From positions 376,526,001 through 376,590,000 of the forward strand of contig OZ024740.1 of assembly GCA_964016885.1 (NCBI GenBank): 64,000 nucleotides of DNA, given 5' to 3'. A program made the translations under genes and the position numbers. This DNA is from Eledone cirrhosa (Eukaryota). The notes beneath the pieces were generated by a model, which saw only the letters and a list, made by a program, of their open reading frames with translations, was not told the origin of the DNA and did no database searches. Positions within the stretch are counted from its first letter, which is position 1, and each line of letters starts with the position of its first letter. Shown here piece by piece: positions 29,428 to 44,130 of this stretch.

Positions 29428-30645
29428 TGTGTGTGTATGTGTGTGTGTGTGGATGTGGATGTGTGTGTATATGTGTGTGTGTGTGTGTATGTGTGTGTGT
29501 GTGCATTTATTTGCAAAGGTTGTCATTGTATTGATATAATGTTTATAATAGCGTAGTTAGCTATTTTAGCCAATACATTGAGACAATATTTTAGTAAATT
29601 ATTTTACAATAGCTGAAAATTTTAACTAAACTTTTACAATATTGTAATTAATTCTGAATCATAGAATTAATTATATTAAATATTTGTTATATAATTTGCG
29701 CTCATAAATTTATACTCACAAAAGAATTTAATTCACAAAAATGTACGTATTCCCCCGACAATACGTATCTGATACTTTTATCTAAAGTTTAAATGCAGTA
29801 ACCATTTTAATGTTTTAAGTTCAATTACTAATTAAGTTTCATAAACTTTGACAGTCAACATTTCCGTGAAATGAGGCAGCGCAATTCTTATGATATTCGC
29901 GCGGTTAGTGGCAATCGTGGATTATACACAGACCAGAGAACTGGTCCAAATGTGTGCAACAGATTGGACTCAATTCAGATTACCAAAATAACATACGGTG
30001 GTGTAAATCCGGACGATGAATGCAGACTACGACATAAGAAAAAATATCTACAGACTATCTGACGTCGATGGCACAGTTACCTCTACCCAAAAAGACTAAA
30101 AGAATTGCATCTAGCTAAAGCTATGTTAGTCGACATTTGCCAAAGCTACCATGAAAGGATTTTAAGAATAATTCCTTTAACAAATTGCTTTGCTTGCACC
30201 TATATTATTGAAAGATTGAAAGATTCATATATTATTGAAATATTGAAAGATTCAACTTAAAAGAATGAAATTATTCTCTGCCTGTCATATTTTCGCAGAA
30301 ATGATAGAGATGGACAGCGTTTCCACAGCTGAGTTTCACATAGACGCTTTAATATAAAATACTAATGTTTCCACTTTAGAGACATGCATTCAGACGATGT
30401 GGGGAAAAGTGATAGTAAAGATATGGTTATTGTTAGACGGAGTAAGTTAAAATAACATCTGCGTTACTCGAGAATTAAATATAAAACAGTTCTACATTTT
30501 CCGGCATTTTAACACTTTCAATTCCTTTAATCGATTTTGACGTCAATAGTGAGTTCATAATTGACAGAGGTCAAATAACTTCAAGCATATCGAAGTCAAT
30601 TGAAAATATCAATTTGAAACACTAATATTATTAGTGAGAAGATAA

Positions 30646-30872
30646 GAGCGGTACCTTGGCAGTCGCTAGAACGTGTGACAGAATGCTTTGTGGCTTAGAC
30701 ATTCCTTTACGTTCTGAGTTCAAATCCAGCCTGAGCTAGCTTTGTCTTTCATCCTTGCGGGGTCGATAAAATAAAGTACCTCTAACAAGGTGGGGCCGAT
30801 TTAATCGGCTTTCTACACGCCCCCCCCCCCAAAAAAAAAATTGTTGGCCTTGTGCCTAAATCAGAAATCATT
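30646..30872 (+). mobile_element. tRNA-derived SINE
   Basis: ttggcagtcg...ctgagttcaaatcc...tttcatccttgcggggtcgataaaataaagtacc...ttggccttgtgcctaaa. Confidence 0.85.
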
Positions 30873-31505
30873 TTTAGCGAAACGGGACCGATTATTAATA
30901 GTGGTACTGTTAGTTTTTATCCATTTTATGTTATAGGGCATACAGAGCAATGTTTGCTAATAAACAGACAGCCCTCAATTTGACCCAAGTATATGGAGGA
31001 CCGTAACTAAACTCAGCAATTCATGTTATCCAACACTCTCAATATTCTGCGAAACTACCACCTGTAGAAACCACATTAAATTATTGTCTTCATGTCTGAA
31101 AACATACAATGAATGCCTTGACACATTTATAGACATTTTTTTAAATTATCGTTTTGCGTCTCTGCTTCTCACCTTTTGTTTCCTGACACTGTCTGTCGAT
31201 ACTCCCACATTATTGTAGAATATTAATCTCCATATTTAAGGTGTTATAAGTCACACAGTTTGTAAACACCAAGGTTAGGTTTTGTACAAAAACTTCGTCT
31301 AATATATATTGAATAATTTTCTTTGCAATTTGCAAGTAATAATATTCAGTTAATATATAATTATAAATATAAATTTAACTACGAGATCACTGACCACTCC
31401 ACGTAACAGACAAGTAAAACAACAAACTTTTAGGATTTTTTGCTTAGATTTTCTTCTTTTTTTTTGGGGGGGGGGGCTTTGATTGCATGCCCATATATGG
31501 ATTGT

Positions 31506-31601
31506 ACCCCTTGATAAGTTAAGTTAGATTCCCGCCATTCTAATACTGGTGGCTTAGTTCGGATCTAGCTGTCGAAACTGCCAGAGCTGAGCCGTCGATG
31601 T
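31506..31601 (+). ncRNA. Type I HHR with U3:A8 core and long stem II (diverged)
   Basis: acccc TTGATAA gttaagttagatt...ggatctagctgtc GAAA ctgc cagagctga gccg TC gatgt; same architecture as 23608-23701, with stems I and III eroded. Confidence 0.75.
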
Positions 31602-31624
31602 CCCGAGCTTTTCATATATATATA

Positions 31625-31985
31625 TAAAAGAAGTTAATATCCCCACAGGTACTAAGTACCCCTGGAAATATATAGGGTGTCTATGATACAGTGGTATTAA
31701 TTTGACATACCAGAATTATAAAATTGAGATAAGCGGAGCAAGCAAGATTCAAACAATTTTTTTAAATAAATTAAAAAATATAATTTAAATATTTACCTAT
31801 TCCATTTGCTTTTACCGACGGTTTCACTTCACAAACGATTGGAGATCCCTAGGGACTTCCAATCTTTTGTGAAGTGAAACCGTCGGTAAAAGCAAATGGA
31901 ATAGGTAAATATTTAAATTATATTTTTATTTTTTTTATTTTTTTATTATTTGAATGTTGCTTGCTCCGCTTATCTCAATTTTATA
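31625..31985. repeat. Fold-back palindrome containing HHR 3' halves
   Basis: Arms ~31716-31849 and 31852-31985 centred on ccctaggg; each reads gaagtGAAAccgtcggTAaaag; TA flanks. Confidence 0.8.
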
Positions 31986-32089
31986 TATATATATATATAT
32001 ATGCAAAGTAAGATAATAAACAGATACACACAAATACAATACACATGCTGATGATAATGACTAAGATAATGAGAGTTTTCCTGTAGGCC

Positions 32090-32875
32090 TAATTGCACCA
32101 GAAAGCGTTGATATCTTCAGTCAGTGTACAATGTCCATCGCGTATTTCGACCGTCAACCCTAACATCTTCTCGCTAGTAAGAAAGTGCAAGAGTACCTTA
32201 TGGCGCCATTTATATCTCCATCGGGCATCAGCTCATTTACCTACTGATAAAATGTGTGTCATGTTGCAGCTGTTTTCCACAGAGCCTACACGATTTATCC
32301 TCCCTCATGAGGTTCCCGTCAATCCAGGCTCCCTGGATTGCTTGTTCCACAGCCCTTGAGTTTCGCCCTTCCTCCTCCCGGTGCCGACATCATTCGTGAT
32401 TTATGGCTCTCTCCTCCACTTTTGTCTATCTATCCCCATGGTCGGAAATGGGACGTCCCAAGACCTATTTCCGTACATATTATCCGGATGATGCTCCGTA
32501 GCTTCAGCATGTTTTATACTTATGTGACAGAAGCGTCAGATGCCCATTTGCGTTCTGATCTTGTAGTTACTCTTGCCTCTCTCACTTGTGCCTCCTATGA
32601 ATCATTAAACATTATCGTCATGATTGAATGTATTACTTTGAATTCCTCCACTACAGATGACAGAGGAAGCTGAAGCTGTCCTGATCTTATGTAGAGGCCA
32701 ACTTTAGTGAAGCTTGTGGGGATTCCCAACCATTGTTACCGGTATTCGTTGATCTTATTTTCCACTCTCTCCAACCTTGAAGCAGTGACTTTATACACGT
32801 TTAGCAGCCATATGAGTCCCAGCAGCGCACCATGCTGGCAGAGCCAGCTTTTAAGCTACTTTGAAAAAACATTTA
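32090..32875 (-). mobile_element. Degenerate HERO/R2-group LINE fragment
   Basis: WLLNVYKVTASRLERVENKINEYR*QWLGIPTSFTKVGLY..LQLPLSSVVEEFKV and RSERKWASDASV...GLG motifs of the post-RT region. Confidence 0.7.
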
Positions 32876-35800
32876 TGTCGTTGCGACTTCATATCGTTCG
32901 CTCGTCATGAAAAATGTTTTGTCCTTTATTTATATATATGATTTGCTACACCGCAATTATCCGAAAGTTGATAAAAACTAAACATTTCATTCCAAATTCG
33001 TTATAGTTTTGAATCTCTTCGATAGTGTTGTGCCGGATTATTTCAATAGCCACACTGCTTCATCCATATCCATCTTTGTAAAGAATATAGGCATTGCGTT
33101 AAATATAAATAACACGCAAAATGCAATATGTCAGTCCGTGATCGTATTTTTCAAATTTCAAAAACCTGGTATTTTTCTCTTTATATCTATCAATGCAAAT
33201 ATTACAAAATTTGTGCACACACATTCTAACACTGTAAGAAACCCGCTTGGTGTGTGGTTTTCTGCTAGTAGTAAATACATGTAAGAACGCACTAGTAATA
33301 CGAACCTATATATAATTAAGCTGTTGCATGTTCCTATTAGGCACAATTTGATTTAGGCTTTCATTCATCCTCATAGGGCAGTACATTAACTAACAGTGGA
33401 TGTGTTAGTTTGACATGAAAAACTGTCATTATTTGTGGACGAATCTTGAATTTGTATTCTAAACACTGTTAGCATATATCTCGTTTAATCTATTCGGTCT
33501 CCTTTTCTTTTCACCACTCCATTTACCTCTGTGTATGTTTCTATGTATCTGATCTTCTATTTTCATCACATACGTATGAGCATATATTTTTATGAATTCT
33601 TCTGTACGCATTACTTATTTGTTTATGGATTCATATGTATTTATTACGTAGATTTATATGTATTTATTACGTGTTTCTATGTGAATTCGTGTGTATATGT
33701 TCAAATATGCAGTTAACTTTTCTTCTCTGTATATATATGTGCGGGATATCATTTCTACCGACCAAGTGGGTGCCACTGAGACTATCAGTGCATGATTACT
33801 ACGTAATATCTATACAAAAATCTACATGAAACTTTCTATATGTCAAATCATTCAAACTTAACAAATCTTTAAGCAGAAATTGGGCAATAACGAGTAGAAT
33901 TGCTAATCCAATTATAGCTTCTGACTTCGAGGTAGTGTCGTCATACTAATATGAAACATCAAGAAGTGTAACGATTTAAAGACACATTCAAATTATTTAC
34001 AATATTTAATGTGTGTATGTGATTGCTAAGTTGTAATCCCTACTGTTAGAACGTTCAACGCCTTTTGGAAGTTGATCCCATAATTGCCAGTTTTCTATGT
34101 GCATAGTAAACTTGATGAACCTTGTCTTTAACGATAGGAGTTCCAATCGTGCGCATCACGTTACGCATTACGTAATATATTACAGCTCGTACTAAAATAG
34201 TTTGGAATATCAAAAGAGATTACGCCGATACATGTAATAGTTCAAATGGTATCGAAAAGGCTTATAAGGTTAATAGATACTTATACAATATATACTTTAT
34301 AGTTTTAACTGCATGTGAATCTAATTTGCTGTGTTTACGAGAACGTAATATTTGTTTAATAGATAGTGGCGGAATTTGAATTTAGAGAGAGATCGCATTA
34401 GAAATTGAGAATTTATTTCTTAATCCACAATCATTCGTTTACTTCTTTCTACTGTTAGACACAATCAGCATTACATTCAAATACTAATGCAAATTAGTTC
34501 TCACTTGTTTTATACGCTTAATTCAACCGACATCATTTTCATTACCGGACACTTTTCTGTTTAATTTCCTTTGCAAAATCATCATTACATTATCGCTTAA
34601 TATCATTATATTCATCTTTTGCTACCATCACTATCAGCAGCAGTAGGAACATTAGAATTATCATCATTATCATCAACTATTTGGTTTTACTTTGTATTAG
34701 CTTTCTTTTCCATCAACATTTCTTCATCATTCCTTCTTCCTTTCTTCCATTTAGCCATCTAAATTACATGATGCAAATTACATTTCTGCTGTTTGAAGGT
34801 CCACTGATTCACCCTATCTTCCTCGGTATTTATTTATCAATATTGACCATTAATTATATATGTCCATATCTGTAACGAGATATGTTTACAAAAATAGAAA
34901 TGATGTGTTTATTTATTGACCTACTTTTAATTAAATGTTACAATCTTACGTTACATCAGCGGGTGATATTTATGCCCATATGTCCATTAACCATATTTAA
35001 GTGAAAATGAATGAGAACTTTGAAATAATGTGCGTTTAATCAAGTAAATATTCGAAAGATTTTTCACATTTTCATTCGAAAAACATGTATTTATATAATC
35101 TTTCAGGAGGGACAAAGGATTATTTAAATTTCTTTTGAATTGATTGAGAAATGTTTTTCCGGGAGATATTTTAAGAATGGTATATTTATCATATATATAT
35201 ATACTGGTCCAATCATATGGGTAACAATGGATAGTGCAAATCATGTGAAATTCGACAACCTCGTACTGATCTCGTCTAGGTTTTGTTTGTTATTTTGGTA
35301 TAAGTTAAGTCCGAGAAACAATGCTACAAAGACTTATTATAGGAAATGATTTAACACAGTGTCATAGGGCCACCTTTTGTCAGCTCTGTCTGAAACATCG
35401 AATTTCACATTTTTCAATATAAAAGAACTGAAAGGGTACGATTACTGAATTTTGTTCCTCTGCTTTCTCAGTTCACTGTTTGCTTGTATCTCCTTTGCGA
35501 ACATATATATGGGATACATAGAATAGTTACTGATACTATTACGGGAACAAGATTCACGACAAAATTGTGGATATGCACTACCGTAAAGACCGCCAGTATT
35601 TTAATGGCCGCAAATTGGCAGAAATCTTTGGGAATAATCATTTGCTGTGGTTGTTCTCGTTCTATGTGATTTCAGTTCAAATTTATATTTTTTACCCTTT
35701 CGAAATTTGGTGGGATTACGATGTGTATTAAATCATTTGTTCTGTGGTCCTTGCAATATTTGTTCTGTACGTTCTGAAGTAAAACCCCGCTTCCGCTCAC

Positions 35801-37073
35801 GACAAAAGCAGGGTGAAACATCTTCCTTTAGATATGTACAATAGATGGTATGAGCAATGCGAAAAACCAATTGAATGGTAGTTTCCTTTATTTGATATGA
35901 AGAATCGGTAATTATCGTGAACATCTTTTCCGTTGGTATGAAGCCTCCGATCAAGCTTACTTATGATCAAATGTATTCCAGTTATGACAATTCTGTTCGC
36001 TTCGAATATAGCTCGCTATTGAATATAATAGATCTTTCGCTTCTACTTTCAGCAGATCGAGTACTCATGTATGTGCATTAGTTTGGTTCCCTCATTGGAT
36101 ATAGGTTGCAGTGTCACACAGTGCGATGCCTATTGGCGCCAAACCACTACATTTACACTCTCACCTATCAGAAAGCACAGAATCTTTAGTAATATGTTTT
36201 GTTTTTCTATTACGCTTAGATAGTAATATCCGTGTGTTATTGTGACATAATTAACATTTACATTTAAAGTAAGACAATATCATTGCTACAGCATAAATGC
36301 ATTTCCATTTACACAGTTTCATGTGGTTAAAATGAAATCTCAGTAAGAAAGCATAATAATTTGAAGCAAAAACCATAAATATCCACTTTAAAGTTTTCAT
36401 GATTTTAACGCGAGATGCATTAATGGATCAGGTTTTATGCATCACTTTTATATACAATCATGTATGACTATTTTTTATGAATAAAATCATATATCAGTTT
36501 TCGAAGATTTGCCTGAAGAATGGGGACGTGCAGATAAAATTCATTAGCTTCACATTTAAAATAATCAGCATCTTTTCCTTTAAAAATAATTAACTGCCCG
36601 AGTTATCAAGATTATATTTCAAATTAAATTCAACGAAAAACATTATTGATTTATCTAAATGATCAATTATCAAAATTTGAAATTAAGATATTCATCCAAA
36701 TTTAAGTTAGTTAAATGTACGTGATACTGAGTATAATTTAACTATAAATCATAACTAATAACTGGAATATCCAGTGTTTTCCAAAATGTTTTCAAGTAAT
36801 TTTAACCTAGGTTTGACGTGGTGCTAATAATATACGAAGATAATGAGTGAGGCAAAGGAAAAATAGGTTGCAAGAAAGAGAAACATTAGAGTAGAGAGAA
36901 CGGGATGTAAATATCTAAGTGCGAATAAGATACATAAAATGCATTCAGTGTTGAGTGTAATCCTATACAATTTACTGGAAACGAACATTCACAAATATTT
37001 TCACAAGACGATCGAAAGAAAATCTGAGTAATAATTTTCATTTTCTGACTCACGTAAACTATATATATTCTAA

Positions 37074-37960
37074 CGGTCACCCAGCCCTCGCCGGTCTGTA
37101 TTGTGCTCAAATCTATTCATAAAGCACCTATTGTCATCTGTCGCAATGTCCATTTGTTTAAATAAAATATGTTAAAAGGTACTTAAATATTGCATGACAA
37201 AACTCTTTTAATCTTTTTAATTTTTGAAATTTGTTTAGAATATCTAAATACAGAAAGTAATAATGAAAATAACAGAAAAATGTAATCTACGAAAATTATA
37301 AACCATTCACAGTACTTCAGTTTATACAATGCTTTTAACTTTTTCTTTGGAGCATATACGAAAGGTTTGTGGGGGTCTTCCTAGTCTGGAATAACTTATA
37401 CACATTTGACAATGTGAGGAACAGCCCTATTCTAGATGGAGACCGATACCTTGCAGGGTTGAGGACCTAGGGACGTGTTAATGGACATTGCGTAACTGAG
37501 TCTCATTGGGAATTGCAAGTATTTGAAACGAATGAGGACATCTGTTTGTATTAGCGGTATTCCAGATTTAAACACAATGTCTCCATTACCACATCCAGTG
37601 AAGATTTTGGCTTCGATAATATGAGACTGTAATCGGCCCCAACCATACACATCCCAATGCACAATCCTGGCTGATTCAGGTTTCTGAGAAGAATGGTCAC
37701 TTTGGCCTTCTTCAATTCAAGGACGTGTGGCACCCTACCGCACGGTTCCAGATTGTTGGGATAATGAACAGTACCGTCCTCATCGATAACTTTGTCGATA
37801 TACTTATAGGTTTGGCTACTTCCAGGGATCATTTGGGAGATATTTTGTTGTTGGCATTTACTATTATGTTTTTGAGGGCAATGATTGCTCTTTCACTCAG
37901 ACATTCCTTAATGAAATGGAGGATTTCGAGATTGGGGAACACTTAATTAAGCTTCCACAG
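37074..37960 (-). mobile_element. Helitron 3' remnant (Pif1-like helicase C-terminus plus terminal hairpin)
   Basis: PHVLELK..VTILLRNLNQPGLC, IIEAKIFTGCGNGDIVF..IPLI, FKYLQFPMRLSYAMSIN with frameshifts; ccggcgagggctgg hairpin followed by ttag (degenerate CTAG) near 37075-37100. Confidence 0.82.
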
Positions 37961-38394
37961 AGGTACAAATTGATGAAGTATCCAAATATACTTCAGTATT
38001 AAAGGATTACTTTTCCCTAAATTTAAACGACAGAGAGGGGCTTATCTATGACTCCGAGTATCCTCTACTTATGCGCCTCTCATATTTGCACGGATGAAAT
38101 CGCTGAGGCTGGGTAAATCCGAGGGTTTCCTCCTTCCCCCATTCCATTTCCAGAAAAGGCGATTGTAATCGAGTTCAGATTATTTGGAAACACACGAAAC
38201 AAAAACTAGAAAAAATAACTTCATCGGTATTCATAGCGAGTGATTTTATCTAAATTTAAACGTTCTCAGAAGTAACTCCGATGAACCGTACCTCCATTAT
38301 CGGGAAGAGGTGTCGGTGGCTAGTGAGTCGATGTTATATCATTCGATAACAAACGAAAACAAAAACTAGAAAAGGAAACAAAAACTAGAAACGA

Positions 38395-38516
38395 GACTCA
38401 CTCAGATGGTGGATGGGTGCTACTCGAGAATGCTGAGGATGGCTCTGAACATTAATCAGTATACACTGAGGAAGAAAAACTCAGAGCTGTATGGGAGCCT
38501 CCAAAAGGTCAGCTAA
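38395..38516 (+). mobile_element. Short RTE-type LINE fragment
   Basis: Nearly identical to 52984-53090 (QMVDGCYSRMLRMALNINQY). Confidence 0.75.
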
Positions 38517-38660
38517 AATGTAACATATATATGAATTAGTTTTGCGAGGTATTTGATATGAAATCGTGTGTCGAAACAAACATTGTTATACTTGAGGAGG
38601 GTCATATTTGTGTAATATTGCCAGAATTAATAACAGAACACACTCACTGTTTGGTTGGTT

Positions 38661-40395
38661 GAGAATCAGTGAGTGCAACAAAAAGAGGAACCTATCCAAC
38701 TGCATAATAGGCAGCATGGATGTGGTATCACTGTACCCATCCATTAACATCGATTTCGCTGTGGAAAAATGTGTGGAGTTGATCATTGAGAGTGAGGTGG
38801 AGTTCTGCGACGTCGACACACACGAACTGGGCCTCCTACTTAGACTTACATACGACACTGACTACCTAGGCAGCCATGACCTTAGACGTTTCTGCCCTAG
38901 TAGACCCGTAAGAGGTAGACCCCCCCCCCCCCAGCATAACCTCAATGGCAAAAAAGACTCCCATGGGAAGGTGGATTGGGTGGACCAAGCTATACCAACC
39001 CCCCAAAACAATGATCAGCTAAGAAAAATGGTCGCACATGCAATAGGCGCTAGTATCAAAACTACCATAATGGGCCACATATTCAAATTGAACGAGAAGA
39101 TCTACACCCAAAATGAGGGAGCAGCCATTGGCGTTAGCATAGCTGGTGATGTTGCCAAACTTTTCATGGTATGGTGGGAAAGGAGACTTAAAGATCTCCT
39201 TAATGAGAGCTCCATAGACCTCATCATGTACTCTCGTTACGTAGACGATATCAATATAGTTATAAGAACATCCCCACTAGAGAGCCCTAACAAGTTTGAT
39301 TTAGAACGTAGCACAATCGAAAGCATCCAGCAGATAGCTAATTCCATACACCAGAGTATAACTGTAACTATCGACTTCCCTTCCAAACATCCTAACAATA
39401 GACTACCTGTATTAGACACGGAACTCTGGATTAACACTATAGACGAGAGAGCCCAAATTCTCCACTAACACTATACTAAACCCATGGCCTCCAAATACCT
39501 GATACTCAAAAACTCAGCAATGTCCAGTAGTGCTAAGTTTAATATTCTGATCGCAGACTTGGTACGAGTGATGAAGAATGTGTCCCGCATGTGCGACCCA
39601 ACAGAAATGGAAAGACACATCCAACACTTCATCAACCGCATGCAGTTCTCTGGCTACAACCAAAGAGACAGAGTCAGAGTATACGAAGGAGCCATGGAGA
39701 AGTATAAGACCCTCATAGAACTGGACATGAAAGGAATTTGCCCATTATACAGGAGCAAATCATGGAATAGCTTAGATAGGGCTAGACATAAGATAGGGAA
39801 AGCCACCTCATGGTACGACAACCAGAGATACCAGAGTGTCATGTTTGTGGACGCTACCCCTGGAGGGAAATTAGCTAACCAGTGTAGAAAGGCCCTGAGA
39901 AAGACCCACTTAAAGATTAAGGTGGTAGAAAAGCCAGGAACCACCATAAAATCCCTGATCAGCAAAACCTACCCTTTTAAGAAATCCCACTGTACTAATA
40001 GGAAATGTATCATATGTAAGGTAAACCCCCGGATAAACTGTAAAACTAGAAACGTTGTCTATAGCATAAGATGTACAGAGGGTACTTGCAGAAACATGAC
40101 AACAACATACATAGGCGAGACAGCTCGTAGCATAGGTGAAATGATAGACCAACACTGGGAGGAACTAAAAGGACGAAAAAACGGATCAGTACTATACGAA
40201 CATGCCAGACAGCAACACGACGGTAACATAGACAACATAGAAATTAGAATAATATCTAAACATAGAAATGACCCAGCAGATAGGCAAATCAGAGAGGCCA
40301 GTGAAATAGAACTTAGAAGGCCAAGACTAAACAGAAAGAATGAATGGAATAACAACAACACCCAAACAAACAACACTGACCTAAGAGAAGTATAA
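38661..40395 (+). pseudogene. PLE RT + GIY-YIG ORF with one in-frame TAA (39466-39468)
   Basis: GSMDVVSLYPSI, GAAIGVSIAG, YSRYVDDI, RLPVLD, CTNRKCIIC, NVVYSIRC...YIGETARS, RQIREASEI; the two ORF-track segments share a frame. Confidence 0.9.
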
Positions 40396-40641
40396 ATAAA
40401 TAAATAAATAGATAAATAAATAAATAAATACATACACAAGCACAATAACAACAAACACATATAAACACACACTAGTCACCCAATCACCGACACACATCAA
40501 ACAAAACACTATACACACACACAAACGCATGCGCAAAGAAGACAAAATAAAATGAACAAACAAACAAATAAATAAATAAATATATAGACAGACTAAATAA
40601 AAATGGCGTAGACATACAATGCAACGGGGGAAACAATAGCA

Positions 40642-40681
40642 CCACTGACGCTGTTGCAGATGTGCAACGAAAGAACTCTGA
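40642..40681 (+). ncRNA. Degenerate HHR in the PLE 3' UTR
   Basis: ca CTGACGC t gttgca gatg tgcaac GAAA g aa c TC tg; A9 is changed to C. Confidence 0.55.
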
Positions 40682-40876
40682 TAAACTATATATATGTGTT
40701 TGTGTCTATATTGTATCTGTATTATTTTTGACCGCCGGTCAGTCAATGGCAACATTGAGGACCGAATAAATTAGATTACCGATATAAAAGACACAGAAGC
40801 GTAAACCAACCAAACAGTGAGTGTGTTCTGTTATAAATTGTGGCAATATTACACAAATATGACCCTCCCCAATTAT

Positions 40877-40975
<99 letters not shown>

Positions 40976-41575
40976 TACACATACCTATACATAGAAATAT
41001 ACACATATATATATATATACAGTACAAACATATACACAGTTAAGTATATACGTACAAATATACATACACACACATATATATACACATACATATATATATA
41101 CACACACACAATACACACATATACATACTCACATGCATACACACACTTACACGCGCATATACTCTCAACCACACGTATAGGTACATATACACAAATGTAG
41201 GCGTATATACATATATCAAAAAATATAAATACATTCACACACATATACATGAGAAAAAATACATACAACCACATACACATATATATATAAATAATGACTT
41301 ATATATAAAAATATACATACGTACACGCATACGCATATGCACACGTACATACACACATATATATATATATAACTTCAACATATATATATATATAGATATA
41401 TAAAAGTGGAAGGGGTATTCCATAAGTTGGAAATCCGACAAATATAAATAAAAATGTTAATGTTTATAACTAATTTAGAGCACTCGACAGTTTCCTCGAG
41501 TAAATATTCAATGATATTAAATATTTAATTTCTTTGTATATTTATATATATATATATACATACATATATATATAT

Positions 41576-41615
<40 letters not shown>

Positions 41616-41673
41616 TACAAACACATATACATAAACATACATATACACGTGCAATAATTCGACACTCACATAA

Positions 41674-41745
<72 letters not shown>

Positions 41746-41789
41746 AAGTTAAATAAAAGTCAAATGATTAAAATTTAGCTTCGTTTATT

Positions 41790-41844
41790 ACTGCTATATA
41801 TATTTCAGTGACAGCCATCTTTGGCTGTGACCTCTTCAGGCAGT
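41790..41844 (-). ncRNA. Type I HHR (left arm of palindrome 41741-42000)
   Basis: Exact reverse complement of 41897-41951. Confidence 0.88.
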
Positions 41845-41896
41845 TTGAATTAGTATGGTATAGACAAGTACATATGTCTATACCATACTAATTCAA

Positions 41897-41951
41897 ACTG
41901 CCTGAAGAGGTCACAGCCAAAGATGGCTGTCACTGAAATATATATAGCAGT
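41897..41951 (+). ncRNA. Type I HHR with palindromic (TA) stem III
   Basis: actgc CTGAAGA ggtcacagcca aaga tggctgtcact GAAA tatata TA gcagt. Confidence 0.88.
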
Positions 41952-42097
41952 AATAAACGAAGCTAAATTGTAATCATTTGACTTTTATTTAACTATATTT
42001 TACAATACTTCGGAGTAACCAAACCAAACTGCGCACTTCGTGGAGTACTCCAGCCTGCATACTGAGGTGTTGTTAAAACACCAACATAAACTCAAAA

Positions 42098-42132
<35 letters not shown>

Positions 42133-42156
42133 GTATGTACATACACATACATATAC

Positions 42157-42213
<57 letters not shown>

Positions 42214-42228
42214 TACACATACATATAC

Positions 42229-42276
<48 letters not shown>

Positions 42277-42279
<3 letters not shown>

Positions 42280-42460
42280 AACCAGTAAGACCCCGGCAGC
42301 TGAGCTCAAGCCGTTTCGACGGCTAATTCTGGACTAGCCGTCGAAACGGCTTGAGCTCAGCTGTCGGGGTCTTACTGGTTCCTATTACCCACTCTACTAC
42401 CTCAAGTATTGAGTACTTTGGTGCGTTATGGTCCACCTGGTTCCTTACCACATTCCTTCG

Positions 42461-42463
<3 letters not shown>
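42277..42463 (+). mobile_element. Fold-back PLE 3'-end fragment (HHR 3' halves)
   Basis: Same family and layout as 8729-8923; junction gacggctaattctggac|tagccgtc. Confidence 0.85.
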
Positions 42464-42528
<65 letters not shown>

Positions 42529-42741
42529 ATGTCTGTGTGTGTGTGTGTGTAAATAAATCAACCAAAATATACTGTAGTGTCCAATCCGTATGAAGAACTC
42601 AATGTAATCCAAATATCATGAAAAGAGAAGATGTATTCAAAGATTTTTTCGATGAAAATCACAGGAAAACAGAGTCAAGATAAATTAATAAAAACAATGA
42701 ATAAAAACAAAGAAACAGTTCCTTATATTAAAAAAATTCAT

Positions 42742-42861
42742 CATTTTACGATCGTTTCTAGGATATATATGTGTGTGTTGGTATGTATATTATACAGATC
42801 TATGTCATTTTACAAACTATCAGAGGAAATAAACATACCTACACATGCTGTCTTCAGACAT
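42742..42861 (-). ncRNA. Long-stem-II HHR inside palindrome 42684-42994
   Basis: tatgt CTGAAGA cagcatgtgtaggtatg...cataccaacacacacatatatatccta GAAA cgatcg TA aaatg; the inverted arm 42876-42994 repeats only the 3' half. Confidence 0.65.
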
Positions 42862-43368
42862 AAGCAAAATTTGTTCATAGATCTGTATGATATACATACC
42901 ACCACACACATATATATCTTAGAAACGATCGTAAAATGATGATTTTTCAATATAAGGAATTGTTTCTTTGTTTTTATTCATTGTTTTTATTAATATATAT
43001 ATATACATATATACACACACACAGAAATATATATATATATATAAAAGAGGTGGGTGTATGAAGGGTAAGGTAGAAAGTAGGGGAGGGGGGAATATGAGTC
43101 AACAGAATTATAAATAACATAGGACAAAAAAAAATATAAAAGTAGATGAGGGAGAAAAAGAATATATGTGTAAAGCATATATGGGTAAAGAATATATGGA
43201 TTCAGAGAGTAATAATAATCGTAGTGAATGTAAGGCGTATTAAGTAAAGAAGGTGGTTACACACCCACCTCTTTTTTATATATAGATATATACTTCTGTG
43301 TGTATGTATGTATATATATGTATATATATATATCTATATGTATATGTATGTGTATGTATATATATATA

Positions 43369-43427
<59 letters not shown>

Positions 43428-43685
43428 TTATGTGAGTGTGCAATTACTGTGCGTGTATATCTATGTTTATGTATATGTGTTTGTATATGTATGTATATTT
43501 ATATATATATATATATGTGTGTGTGTGTATGTGTGTGTATGTGTGTGTGCGTGAGCTTGTGTGTGTGTGTGTTTATGCGTGTGTGAGATTTTTATATATA
43601 CGTGGTGATGCAAATTTGTTTATATATATGTGGTGATGCAACTTTATGTATGTGTGTATGTGTATATGTGTGTATATGTGTGTAT

Positions 43686-44076
43686 GAGAGATGACCCCTT
43701 AGCCTTTGTCAAGGCAGAATTCTAGGACAAGGAAAACTCTGATATAACACCTGCAACCCTGATGGTATCCAATGATGTTGACTTGCTCTTCTTTTTGGTA
43801 AATATCATCTTGGTTAAGAGAGTGGGACTGGCTTTGTGCAGTGCCTTTGCTCACTATAAAAGCTTCACGGCACAGGCATTGCTTTATATCTGGAGATCTC
43901 TCTGCCCTTGTCGTCACATGGTACCATGGGCCCAGCACTATGTGTCAATAATCGTCACAAGTGTAGTGTTTGTACCAGAGTTTTCAAGTCGCTGGCTGGA
44001 CTAAAACGTCACACTCGTTCAGCGCAACGGTAAGGGTTCTTCTACATGGATATAAAGTAGTGGCCGTACTCGAAAA

Positions 44077-44078
<2 letters not shown>
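43686..44078 (+). mobile_element. Interspersed repeat, copy of 10071-10463
   Basis: Near-identical sequence (gagagatgaccccttagcc...ggccgtactcgaaaacga). Confidence 0.8.

Positions 44079-44127
<49 letters not shown>

Positions 44128-44130
<3 letters not shown>

Larger units (their letters stand above)
38582..40883 (+). mobile_element. Penelope-like element with a 5' inverted copy of its 3' end
   Basis: 38582-38660 is the reverse complement of 40804-40883; RT+EN body; 3' end abuts (TA)n. Confidence 0.92.

Noticed and set aside
39466-39468. In-frame stop in the PLE ORF as possible selenocysteine recoding (known in Naiad PLEs)
   Set aside because: The codon is TAA, not TGA, is not at a Cys position, and the element has a C-terminal EN; a simple nonsense mutation is more likely.
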